Shown: positions 24,081 to 34,560 of the stretch, piece after piece
Layout: each line of letters begins with the position of its first letter
Position numbering within the stretch: position 1 is the first letter of the stretch
Assembly (NCBI RefSeq): GCF_001194135.2
Contig: NC_068999.1
Location: 5,763,090 to 5,797,715 of the forward strand
DNA from: Octopus bimaculoides
Lineage: Eukaryota
DNA: 34,626 nucleotides
Direction: 5' to 3'
Notes under the pieces: model-generated
What the model saw: only the letters and a program-made list of their open reading frames with translations
Databases searched by the model: none
Told to the model about the DNA's origin: nothing
Program-made: the position numbers and the translations under genes

Positions 24081-24280
24081 ATTAATGGAATGTTGAATTC
24101 CATATTTCACATCTTAACATTAAATTTTAGACGATGTTAAAAGCAATCTTCGCAAGGAATTTTATAATTTTATTCCCAGCATATTTGGATAATTTGCCGA
24201 GTTCTATGTAGACATAAATTCCCTTTGAACGTTTCGTAAGTAAAAATCAATTAACTTATTTTCGCCGTAATAATGAGCCA

Positions 24281-24294
24281 AGTAGTAAATAATG

Positions 24295-24357
<63 letters not shown>

Positions 24358-24450
24358 TTAATGATAATAATAATAATGATAATAATAATGATAGAAACGA
24401 ATATCATCATCTTCATCATCATCGTCATCATCATCATCATCATCACCAAC
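24281..24450. repeat. (TAA)n and (CAT)n microsatellites
   Basis: Direct inspection. Confidence 0.96.
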
Positions 24451-24603
24451 ATCAATTTTTTCTTCTTCTTATTTTTGTTGTTGTTATGATAGGGCACAAT
24501 AATTTAGCAGTTTTGTGACCGTCAGTCTCTTAAAATCTCAAGAATCGTCCACGGGATTCTTGCAGAATATAAGATGGCACTCTTCTGAAANNNNNNNNNN
24601 NNN

Positions 24604-24642
<39 letters not shown>

Positions 24643-25399
24643 ACACACACACACACATACACAGGCACACAGACATACACACACCCATCCACATCCGAAG
24701 TCATCCTATTATAAGACTGTATATGTCATCTAATTCATCATTCATGATCGAAAGCTAAGTAGAGCAGTTATGATTAAAAACTAATTGTGACCTCATTAAT
24801 CATTATTTCTCAACAAACATTTTATGAACTTTCTTACAGATATCGGAAAACGTCGTAAATGCGATATTTTAGCTTGTGTTATTGCTGCTATTTAACCCTG
24901 GGTCACTCTCCTTTGAGAAGATTTCTGATAAAGTGCATTCTAATCGTGAACACAATGTCCCTACAAATACAGTCTTATGTATCGCTTTGTCTATTAAGAC
25001 GGTAATGTGTCTTTTGAGGGAGGTTTAGCCGTTATTTCAAGCATGGTCAGTGACGACAGAAGCTTCCTCGTTGGCTTCTTTCTAAATGAGCGCTTGTCGT
25101 TTTGTTCATATATATATGAATGGAACAAAAACTCAATAGAGGGCATTAAAACGTTCGGACAAATACACGACACAAAGGCAGACAAGAGAAACAACAATTA
25201 GAAGGTCAGGCAAAAAAAAAGACGGGTCATTCTTGGCTTTCTTTCATCAGTCAAGTACCAGAAGTCACGACCATTTCGGGCAGTTACACTTGAGATGGTT
25301 CGATCTGGTTGTCTCCACAAAAATTCTAAGCTAAGAGCATTAGACCCCTTTGTAAGAAAGCTAGCAAATGTGTACAGCAACAAGTTGAAATCTATAGAA

Positions 25400-25519
25400 A
25401 AATAGGAGACGAAGACAGGTGTAAGAACAACAAGCAGTCGTATTAGTCTGAAGCTCGGAAAAATGAAAAGTCTTTTGCGTTTCAAGCCTACGCTCTTCAA
25501 CAGAAAGGAATAAGAGAAT
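25400..25519 (-). mobile_element. Second copy of the hammerhead-like/pLTR-like repeat
   Basis: Reverse complement ATTCCTTTCTGTTGAAGAGCGTAGGCTTGAAACGCAAAAGACTTTTC...ACACCTGTCTTCGTCT matches 4900-5010; cut off by an N gap. Confidence 0.75.
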
Positions 25520-27580
25520 NNNNNNNNNNNNNNNNNNNNNNNNNNNNNNNNNNNNNNNNNNNNNNNNNNNNNNNNNNNNNNNNNNNNNNNNNNNNNNNNN
25601 NNNNNNNNNNNNNNNNNNNNNNNNNNNNNNNNNNNNNNNNNNNNNNNNNNNNNNNNNNNNNNNNNNNNNNNNNNNNNNNNNNNNNNNNNNNNNNNNNNNN
25701 NNNNNNNNNNNNNNNNNNNNNNNNNNNNNNNNNNNNNNNNNNNNNNNNNNNNNNNNNNNNNNNNNNNNNNNNNNNNNNNNNNNNNNNNNNNNNNNNNNNN
25801 NNNNNNNNNNNNNNNNNNNNNNNNNNNNNNNNNNNNNNNNNNNNNNNNNNNNNNNNNNNNNNNNNNNNNNNNNNNNNNNNNNNNNNNNNNNNNNNNNNNN
25901 NNNNNNNNNNNNNNNNNNNNNNNNNNNNNNNNNNNNNNNNNNNNNNNNNNNNNNNNNNNNNNNNNNNNNNNNNNNNNNNNNNNNNNNNNNNNNNNNNNNN
26001 NNNNNNNNNNNNNNNNNNNNNNNNNNNNNNNNNNNNNNNNNNNNNNNNNNNNNNNNNNNNNNNNNNNNNNNNNNNNNNNNNNNNNNNNNNNNNNNNNNNN
26101 NNNNNNNNNNNNNNNNNNNNNNNNNNNNNNNNNNNNNNNNNNNNNNNNNNNNNNNNNNNNNNNNNNNNNNNNNNNNNNNNNNNNNNNNNNNNNNNNNNNN
26201 NNNNNNNNNNNNNNNNNNNNNNAAGCGCTTACACACACAATGCAAAAAATTCGTGTCAGTTTTGAAGAAATTTGTAATATAATTAATAAATTTTTATTTT
26301 CAGAGCATCTTTCTTTATCACACACATACACACAATGACACACACGAACACACTTATACACAGACATACACACACACATGCACACACGAACACACTTATA
26401 CACAGACACACACACACACATGCACACACACACATGTACAATCTGCGTGTCAGTGACTGTGTGTTTCCTAGTCCGATCTACAATAATACATTATCTGCCA
26501 GTCGGTGTAAATACCAAACGAACTCTCCGCGGGGATTATTCCAGGGAAAAGATGGCAAACGACTCCACTGATGTTATGTGCTTCCATATAATCAGCAGAA
26601 CATAAAGGAGACACAGAAAACAACACCACCAACAACAACAACACTTATAATAACAACAACAGAAAATGGAAAAAGTATAATTAATAAAAATGGAATTGAT
26701 TAGCTGATGTTATTTTCAGATATTATAGAATTATAAGGACTAATTCGATGATCACGAATGCATATGTGGTGTTTGTACTAACATATTTCTTACACGTAAT
26801 GCTATATTTGAAGATGTACGTGCGAGTATTGCGCATGTCTGCTTATTTGTGTACATGTGTATATGTATGTGTGTGCATGTATGTTTTCGATTGAGATGAA
26901 ATAGAGAGAGAGAGAGAGAGAGAGAGAAAGAAAGAACAAGAGATACTTTTTTCTTCTCTCGATGTGTGTGTGTGTGTGATAAATGAGAAGATTACAACGA
27001 ATAGTAAAAGGTTTTCATTGTATTGGGAGTTTCGAATGCCGGCGCGAAAGGCTACGATACATTCTCGTCGGCTATTAATGGCATTCNNNNNNNNNNNNNN
27101 NNNNNNNNNNNNNNNNNNNNNNNNNNNNNNNNNNNNNNNNNNNNNNNNNNNNNNNNNNNNNNNNNNNNNNNNNNNNNNNNNNNNNNNNNNNNNNNNNNNN
27201 NNNNNNNNNNNNNNNNNNNNNNNNNNNNNNNNNNNNNNNNNNNNNNNNNNNNNNNNNNNNNNNNNNNNNNNNNNNNNNNNNNNNNNNNNNNNNNNNNNNN
27301 NNNNNNNNNNNNNNNNNNNNNNNNNNNNNNNNNNNNNNNNNNNNNNNNNNNNNNNNNNNNNNNNNNNNNNNNNNNNNNNNNNNNNNNNNNNNNNNNNNNN
27401 NNNNNNNNNNNNNNNNNNNNNNNNNNNNNNNNNNNNNNNNNNNNNNNNNNNNTTTTATTATTTTTTATAGTTCGAGTTCCGACGAGGTCAGCTTTGCTTG
27501 TATTCCTCTCAGATATCTATAAATTATAGCACTATTGATGTTCCGTAGTCGATGCCATTGACTCGTCCCTCCCGTCAAAA

Positions 27581-27835
27581 TATTGGGTTGGTGCATAATT
27601 ATTGCATTTTTTTTTAACAAATTTTATTCAACAAAAACTATAACAACATGTAACAAAAACATCTTTAAATGATTATTCCGGAGCATATTCACCATCTACT
27701 TCAATTACTGCTTCCCATTTGCTTGGCAGACGGTCAAACCATCATTTAAAGATGTTTTTGTTAAAAATTGCTGTTGTTTACTTTTGAATAAAATTCGTTG
27801 AAAAAAAGCCGCAATTATTATGCACCAACCCAATA
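27581..27835. mobile_element. Mariner-family MITE (fold-back), TA-flanked
   Basis: TATTGGGTTGGTGCATAAT at the left end and its reverse complement ATTATGCACCAACCCAATA at the right end, with about 90-bp imperfect arms. The centre (minus strand, 27673-27738) encodes FDRLPSKWEAVIEVDGEYAPE*, a mariner transposase C-terminus. Confidence 0.9.
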
Positions 27836-27865
27836 GCTTATTGGCATCTATTTCTCTTGTTTAAC

Positions 27866-27940
27866 TTCTCAGCCTTTGAATTCTGTCGGCGTCGACTTAG
27901 CGATTCATTCTTCGGAGTTTGATGAACCAAGTACCAGCTG
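27866..27940 (+). mobile_element. SINE-C fragment, diverged
   Basis: TGAATTCTGTCGGCGTCGACTT...TTCATTCTTCGGAG...AAGTACCAGC. Confidence 0.5.
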
Positions 27941-27944
27941 AGGA

Positions 27945-28236
27945 CCTTATCACATACCTTGTTGTCAGCTGGGCATGCTATATCTATGATCCAGCATAGT
28001 TTGCTTTCTTTCTCAATTAAGACTGTCTGGCTTCCTATTCTCTATCGTATGCTCACACTGAATCATAAAATCCCACATGTTCTTTCAATTATCATTTTCG
28101 ATGATGCCTTCGGATTTACGGCCATATCAATTGTTTTTTTCTGTCAAGTCCATACTTGTTGCAGAGTGTCCAATGGACAAGCCTTTCTATATTGTCGTGG
28201 CGTCTCTTATATTCCTTCTGGGCTAGTGGCGTACAT
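27945..28236 (-). mobile_element. R4/Dong-like (RLE) non-LTR retrotransposon: zinc knuckle and endonuclease relic
   Basis: CTPLAQKEYKRRHDNIERLVHWTLCNKYGL, then EGIIEND..MWDFMIQCEHTIENRKPD..LIEKESKLCWIIDIACPADN across frameshifts. This is the RHD and PD..D signature of RLE elements. Confidence 0.9.
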
Positions 28237-28368
28237 NNNNNNNNNNNNNNNNNNNNNNNNNNNNNNNNNNNNNNNNNNNNNNNNNNNNNNNNNNNNNNNN
28301 NNNNNNNNNNNNNNNNNNNNNNNNNNNNNNNNNNNNTAATAATAATAATAATAATAATGATGATAATA

Positions 28369-28710
28369 TTTGATATTGTGAGCCTATTTGACATACAAAT
28401 AGTGAAGAAGGAAGACGAAAATATAGGCATAGCAGCTATGTGGAAAATGAAGAAGGTGAAGGTGGGGCCAATTATTGTTGGATCGATGGGAGCAGTATGA
28501 GAAGTTACCCAGGGGGAATATAAAGGAAATCGGAATAGGGTGCTCAGTAGAACTGTTACAAAAGGTTCGCGTGTTTGGCACGGCAAGAATTATGAGGAAA
28601 GTATGAGAGAGCTGGAAAGAATAGGATAGCATGGTACCGTAAGGTCTGCAGGTAGGAAGCTCGCTACGCCTGCAGGACTCCGGGAGTTTCGACAAAACCT
28701 GGGTTGAAAG
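28369..28710 (+). mobile_element. R4/Dong-like retrotransposon 3' end (5'-truncated)
   Basis: FDIVSLFDIQIVKKE...MWKMKKVKVGPIIVGSMGAV / KEIGIGCSVELLQKVRVFGTARIMRKV* (stop 28604-28606), followed by a 3' UTR stem-loop at 28646-28675. Confidence 0.85.
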
Positions 28711-29960
28711 AATAATGATGATGTTGATGATGATAGGGATAATGATGTTGACGATGACGATGATGATAATGATGTGATTATGATGATGACGATGATGATA
28801 ATGAGGATGGTGATGATGATGATGATAACGATGATGATGATAATAACGATGATGTTGATAATGCTGATGATGGTGATGATGATGATGATGGTGAGGATAA
28901 TGATGATGATGATGAGGATAATGACGATGATGGTGATAATGATGATGGTGATGATGATGATAATGATGATGGTAATGATGATGATGATGATGATAATGAC
29001 GATGATGATGATAATGAGAATGGTGATTATCGTGATGACGATGATGGTGATCATGATAATGGTGCTAATGATGATGATGACGATGATGATGACGATGGTG
29101 ATGACGACAATGATGATGCCGATGGTTGATGATTGATGATGATTGATTGATTAATAATTGTTGATTGATGATGATTGATGATTAATGATTGATGATTGAT
29201 GATTAATGATCAATGATTGATGATTGATGATTAATGATCAATGATTGTTGATTGATGATTGATGATTAATGATCAATGATTGATGATTGATGATTGATAA
29301 CGATTGATTAATGGTTGGTGATGATTAATGATTGATGATTGATGATTGATGGTTAATGATTGATGATTGATGATTGGTGATTGATGATTGATAACGTGTG
29401 ATTGATGGTTAATGATTGTTGATTAACGATTGATGATTAATGATTGGCGTTGTTTGATGCTTAATGATTGATGGTGATTGATGATTGATTGATTGATTGA
29501 TGATGCCGATGATTGATGATGATGACGATAGGATGGCGATGATGACGATGGGATGGTGATGATGGCGATGGTGATGACAATGATGATGCCGATGGTGATG
29601 ACGATTGTGATGATGCCGATGGTGATGATGACAATGATGATGCCGATGATGATTGATGATTAATGATTGATTGGTGATTGATGACTGATGATTAATGATT
29701 GATGATTGATGGTGGTTGGTGGTCAATGATTGGTGGTGATTGATGCTTAATGATTGATGATTGATGGTGATTGCTGATTGATTGAGTTGATTGATGATGA
29801 TTGATTGATGATGACGATGCCGATGATTGATGATGAGTGATGATGATTGATGATGATGATGATGGTGATGATGACGATGGTGATGATGACAATGATGATG
29901 CCGATAGTGATAATGATGGTGATGAAGATAATGATGATGGTAAAGATGATGATAATGACG
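28711..29960. repeat. Large (TGA)n-derived array containing (GATTGAT)n heptamer blocks
   Basis: Direct inspection; heptamer blocks at about 29125-29510 and 29650-29830. Confidence 0.95.
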
Positions 29961-30900
29961 AGCATGTTGATCGATTTCCCAGTGACAGTTACCCTCTGGT
30001 CATACTCGTAGTGTTTGTGTATCTAGATATAGCGTCGGTGGTGGTGATCGTTTTGGAGGTGGTCACGGAAGGGATGTTTGTAGCTCTTGTCTCTAGTGAT
30101 GCGAGTCTTGCTAGAGGTAGTGGTGGTGGTAGTGGAGATGGTAGCGGCAGGTAAACAAAGTAGTGTACGTGACGGTAATGGTAGTGGTGGTAGTGGTGTT
30201 GCGGTGGTGTGATGTTGATGGTAGTGATGATGATGATGATGTTGGTGGTGGTGGTGGCGGTGGCAGCGGTGTGTTGGTGGTGGTTATAGGATTGTTTATT
30301 ATATAGCCACGCTTGTCCAGGAGATAACAGCACTGGTGGCTAGAATTGGTGTTGTTGTTGTTGTTGTTGTTGTTGCGGTGGTGGTAGTGGTGGTAATTCA
30401 AGTACTGATACCGTGTAGGTGGTAGCAGTGGTGGTGGTGGCGGTGCCGATGTTGGTGATAGTCCACGTGATGGAAGTGGCTTTGGTTTTTAGTGTAGGCG
30501 ATCCCAGTGGCGGTGGCGGCGGCAGCGCCCGTGGAAATGGTAANNNNNNNNNNNNNNNNNNNNNNNNNNNNNNNNNNNNNNNNNNNNNNNNNNNNNNNNN
30601 NNNNNNNNNNNNNNNNNNNNNNNNNNNNNNNNNNNNNNNNNNNNNNNNNNNNNNNNNNNNNNNNNNNNNNNNNNNNNNNNNNNNNNNNNNNNNNNNNNNN
30701 NNNNNNNNNNNNNNNNNNNNNNNNNNNNNNNNNNNNNNNNNNNNNNNNNNNNNNNNNNTAATGGCGGCGCTGGTTGCATCGCCGTTCATCGTGGTCATTG
30801 CATTAGTATTTACTGTCAGGTGTACATGCCATTAATTGTGCAACTGCGAAGTGTAGGTGCACGTTGCAGAAAATGCAACATTACTTTAAAGTGGGCTCTG

Positions 30901-30904
30901 CTGC

Positions 30905-30967
<63 letters not shown>

Positions 30968-31009
30968 CATTTTTATTATCCATATCATCATCTTTATTGT
31001 TGTTGCTAC

Positions 31010-31061
<52 letters not shown>

Positions 31062-31070
31062 TTTATCATC
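30901..31070. repeat. (TTA)n microsatellites
   Basis: Direct inspection. Confidence 0.96.
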
Positions 31071-31505
31071 CATATTGTTATTTATTCGAAGCCACACAAA
31101 CTAAATATATTGGAACATAAAAATGCTTTCAAGTCGAAGAAAAAGACGAAGAACAAAAAAACAAACAAACAATCAAACAAAAATAAAACGGCAAAACTGT
31201 AAAACAAAAGACAAATAAATAAAAATACGACATTCTTCCTGTTGAGATAACACCAATAACAACAACAACAACAACAACAGCAACAACAGTACAATAACGA
31301 TAAAAACAACAACAACAACAATAATTATAATAATTCACATCAATATGAATATTAATGCTTTTGTGTTCTTTTTTAGCTTTATTATTATTTTTTCTTTAGA
31401 ACAGTGCAATGTTTTTAAATTTGCGATGGTATATTTATTTTAATGTCTAACTTTTTGATGACGGTGACGGCTTAGTAGAACGTTTAAGGACATTGAATCA
31501 ATTAC

Positions 31506-31605
31506 CTTGTGGTATTTTCCGAGGCGTTGTGCCTTTTGAGGTTCAAATTCACTTGATGGTTCCCTTCCTCTTCATTCACTCGTGATTCATAAATAAAGTA
31601 GTAGC
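31506..31605 (-). CDS. Candidate internal coding exon (100 nt, phase 1 to phase 2), host gene unknown
   Basis: Acceptor TCGTTTTCTTCATTAG| and donor AAG|GTAATT. Only one frame is open: (G)YYFIYESRVNEEEGNHQVNLNLKRHNASENTT(R/S). Confidence 0.45.
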
Positions 31606-31974
31606 CTAATGAAGAAAACGATGATTTTTTCTGTCTTAATCTTTCGTAATTGGCAGTAACAAGATGATCAATTTTAAAACAAAATAGAAAAAAAATAACA
31701 AACAAGCAAAAATTCTTTTCAGTGTAAGCATCAGGAAACCGCCTACGATGTTACCCCACAGAAATTCCGTAAGAATCTCATCAGCATTGTAAACAAAGTC
31801 GCCAAAGAAAACTTGTCGACCTTATGGTACCGTCATCTGTCATAAACACACACACACACACACACACACACACGTACACACACAGATATATATATATATG
31901 TGTGTGTGTGTGTGTTTGTGTGTGTGTACATATGNNNNNNNNNNTAATTTCGGCTGGTTATACTCGAGATTGCT

Positions 31975-32270
31975 CCAATCTGGCCAACCCCAAGGAAAAA
32001 CTAAGCAAAGAGCACAAGATTCTTTGGAAGAAAGCAACGAATGTTTACGAAATCAAGGAACGAAAAAGACGGTGAAATGGTGCACAAATACAATTGCAAA
32101 TAACAGGACATAACAACAGGTATCTTTCGACAAAGGGTGAATTAAATTAAGCTGGCGTGTGTGGAAGTGAAGCCTTACGGCAGGGACTTAGGAGATGACA
32201 GACATATGGAGGAATATCGATGTTGCACGGATGGTAGTCGAACCAAGAAAGAAATGTCAGGCTTGGCCGA
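31975..32270 (+). mobile_element. Possible RNase H-containing non-LTR retrotransposon relic
   Basis: Frameshifted EHKILWKK / EMVHKYNCK*QDITTGIFR / RCCTDGSRTKKEMSG; the TDGS motif (32227-32238) resembles the RNase H N-terminal YTDGS. Confidence 0.35.
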
Positions 32271-32533
32271 ATACCGGTCACGTGGGGAGAGAGGAAAGAT
32301 GTAGAGGCAGGGGGATAGAAGAATTAGGGAGGGACGAGAAAAAAAGAAAAGGGACAGAGTGAAGTGAAAGAGGAGGGAAGGTGAGAATGAAGAGAAAACC
32401 ATGAAATGTAAGAGAGGGGAAACGGAGTGGACAGAACGAGGTGTGAAGGGGCTGAATTCTAATTTGCTGCCTTAGTGTCCCTCCTCCTCCTCCTCTCTAC
32501 CCCTTCCTTCCCTGCCTCGCCATCCCTTTTTCT

Positions 32534-32630
32534 CTCGTCCTCCCCTTCTCGTCCTCCCCTTCTCGTCCTCCCCTTCTCGTCCTCCCCTTCTCGTCCTCCC
32601 CTTCTCGTCCTCCCCTTCTTGTCCTCCCCT
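32534..32630. repeat. 14-bp minisatellite (CTCGTCCTCCCCTT) x about 7
   Basis: Six exact units at 32534-32617 plus one variant unit. Confidence 0.97.
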
Positions 32631-32712
32631 ATCCTCCTCTCCCACTCCAATCCCCTCCATTTCTTTCTCTTCTTTTTCTTCTTAGTACCACCATCACTGC
32701 AAACACAATCAC

Positions 32713-32748
<36 letters not shown>

Positions 32749-33071
32749 CACCACTACCACCAATACGATCATCGTCACCGCCACCATCGCCACCTATTTC
32801 CTTTCACCTTCCTCCTCCACATTCACCTTCTACTCCCCCTCCGGATACTACTACTACCACTACTACTACTACTTATCCCCCATTTTTACTTTTTTTTTGT
32901 CCCCCCCCCCTCTATTCTCTCTTCGTTCGTTTCATTCTTTCCTTTTTCCATTGTACTATTTTAACTTCTTCCCTCTGCAAATGCCACCCGGCATTTTTAG
33001 CATATATCGTTTATTTCTTTAACCTTTTGACATTTAAACCATTCACTCTCTCCCTACCTTACCTTCTCCAA

Positions 33072-33115
<44 letters not shown>

Positions 33116-33125
33116 NNNNNNNNNN

Positions 33126-33170
<45 letters not shown>

Positions 33171-33387
33171 TAACACTCTCACCATTTGGCCCATTCATAC
33201 CAGCATATGTCATATTATTTTTACCCTCCTGATATGAAGAGATACTATTTTATATCTATTTGCCGTTTGCCATTATCAATATATATCAATATTTTTTTTA
33301 ACGCATCGATATGGCCAGCGGAATTACACCCACCACTTCAACCTTCGCCGTATAGTTATTTGTATCTTTATCTCACAATTGTAGACC

Positions 33388-33449
<62 letters not shown>

Positions 33450-33557
33450 GTTCAAATTTCTGCTAATTAAATTAGCATATAACTATAATAGTTATAATAT
33501 TGATAATAATAATAATAATAATAATAAATAGTAATAATAATGACGCAAGAGATATAA

Positions 33558-33718
33558 CATCTTAAATCAAAGGTTTCTCTGTTATTGCAGGTATGACAGA
33601 AAAAAAGGGATTTCAGAAATATCTATATAACATCCCAGGAGAACCATATCTCACAGAAAGCCAAAAGATCGTGTTGACAAGTACGGCCCACAGCCTGAGA
33701 AAACCCAAATCAAATTAA
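33558..33718 (+). mobile_element. R4/Dong-like retrotransposon C-terminal relic
   Basis: VIAGMTEKKGFQKYLYNIPGEPYLTESQKIVLTSTAHSLRK matches the RLE end motif (IPG.P...EIQKIVL.GTAHILR). It starts just after (TAA)n. Confidence 0.75.
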
Positions 33719-33729
33719 ATTGAACGTTC

Positions 33730-33854
33730 GTGTTGTGCTGTATTATAGAAATGCATTTCTGTACTTCATTCCCACTTTCACCCTCCAAACATTCAATTAT
33801 ATCTAAACACTTGTAAACCATTATTTGCCCTAGGGCGCTGGGTATAATTGCAAT
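33730..33854 (-). mobile_element. Possible further R4/Dong-like C-terminal relic
   Basis: IAIIPSALGQI...CLEGESGNEVQKCIS loosely matches IPVIVGALG...G....EIQK. Confidence 0.35.
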
Positions 33855-33884
33855 GTATCATATTATTATTATTACTGTGATCGT

Positions 33885-34095
33885 CCCTCTTTACGTTCTG
33901 AGTTCAAATTCAGCCGAGGTCGACTTTGCTGGCAGCATCTTTAGTGAGTCGAAGAAAATACTTAACGGTATTCTTGAGTTAAAATACCACCGAGAACAAC
34001 TTTTCTTTAAAAATAAGCATCAAGTACATAGTAAAGTCGATGTAACCGACTGACCCCACATCCCCAAAATTACAGAAGTTGTGCTAAAATTCGAA
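33885..34095 (+). mobile_element. SINE-C variant with an unrelated internal segment of about 80 bp
   Basis: CTTTACGTTCTGAGTTCAAATTCAGCCGAGGTCGACTTTGC ... AAGTAC...GTCGATGTAACCGACTGACCCC...CCCCAAAATT. Confidence 0.7.
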
Positions 34096-34107
34096 CCTTT
34101 TTACTCT

Positions 34108-34331
34108 TATTCTTTTCTACTCTAGGCACAAGGCCCAACATTTTGGGGAAGAGGACCAGTCGATAGGATCGACTGGTGCTTAATTTATCGGAACTGGTAC
34201 TTAATTTATCGACCTCCTAAAGGATGTAAGGCAAATTTGTCTCGGCGGACTTTGAACTCAGAAAGTAAAGACAGACGAAATACCGCTAAGCATTTCACCC
34301 GGTGTGCTAAGGTTTCTGCCACCTCACCGCC
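34108..34331 (-). mobile_element. SINE-C, near full length, with an internal 21-bp duplication
   Basis: TTCTTTTCTACTCTAGGCACAAGGCCC...TTTGAACTCAGAAAGTAAAGACAGACGAAATACCGCTAAGCATTTC; duplication 34172-34192/34193-34213. Confidence 0.9.
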
Positions 34332-34560
34332 AGAGAAGAAACGAAATAAGCCAAGAGGAGAGGGAGCAGTATCCTACGGCATAAGAGGGAGAGAAATCAA
34401 CAAAGGGTAGAAGAATTGAGCCAGGATCAAGGAGAAGAGTATTTTCAAAATAAGAGAGACTGAGATCAACAGAATCGAGAACACATGAGTGAAGAACAAA
34501 GGCAGCTGTACTTAAAAAATATGAGAAACAGAGTTGAATCTCTCTTGGCATACCAGCAAA
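34332..34560 (+). pseudogene. Decayed coding relic with 23-aa periodicity (STPR-like)
   Basis: Units *AKRRGSSILRHKRERNQQRVEE / LSQDQGEEYFQNKRD*DQQNREH / MSEEQRQLYLKNMRNRVESLLAY, at 69-nt spacing (34347, 34416, 34485). Confidence 0.35.

Noticed and set aside
25243-25250. Canonical hammerhead core CTGATGAA on the minus strand (also at about 4556)
   Set aside because: No stem II plus GAAA arrangement follows.
27945-28710. Twin-priming inversion of a single R4/Dong element
   Set aside because: The two fragments overlap in protein coordinates with different sequences (DIACPADN versus DIVSLFDI) and are separated by (TAA)n, so they are separate insertions.
29989-30835. Mucin-like Thr/Pro-rich ORFs
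   Set aside because: Cryptic GTG/GAT simple sequence spanning a gap. An exon-like piece at 29993-30113 is not phase-compatible with the 31506 exon.
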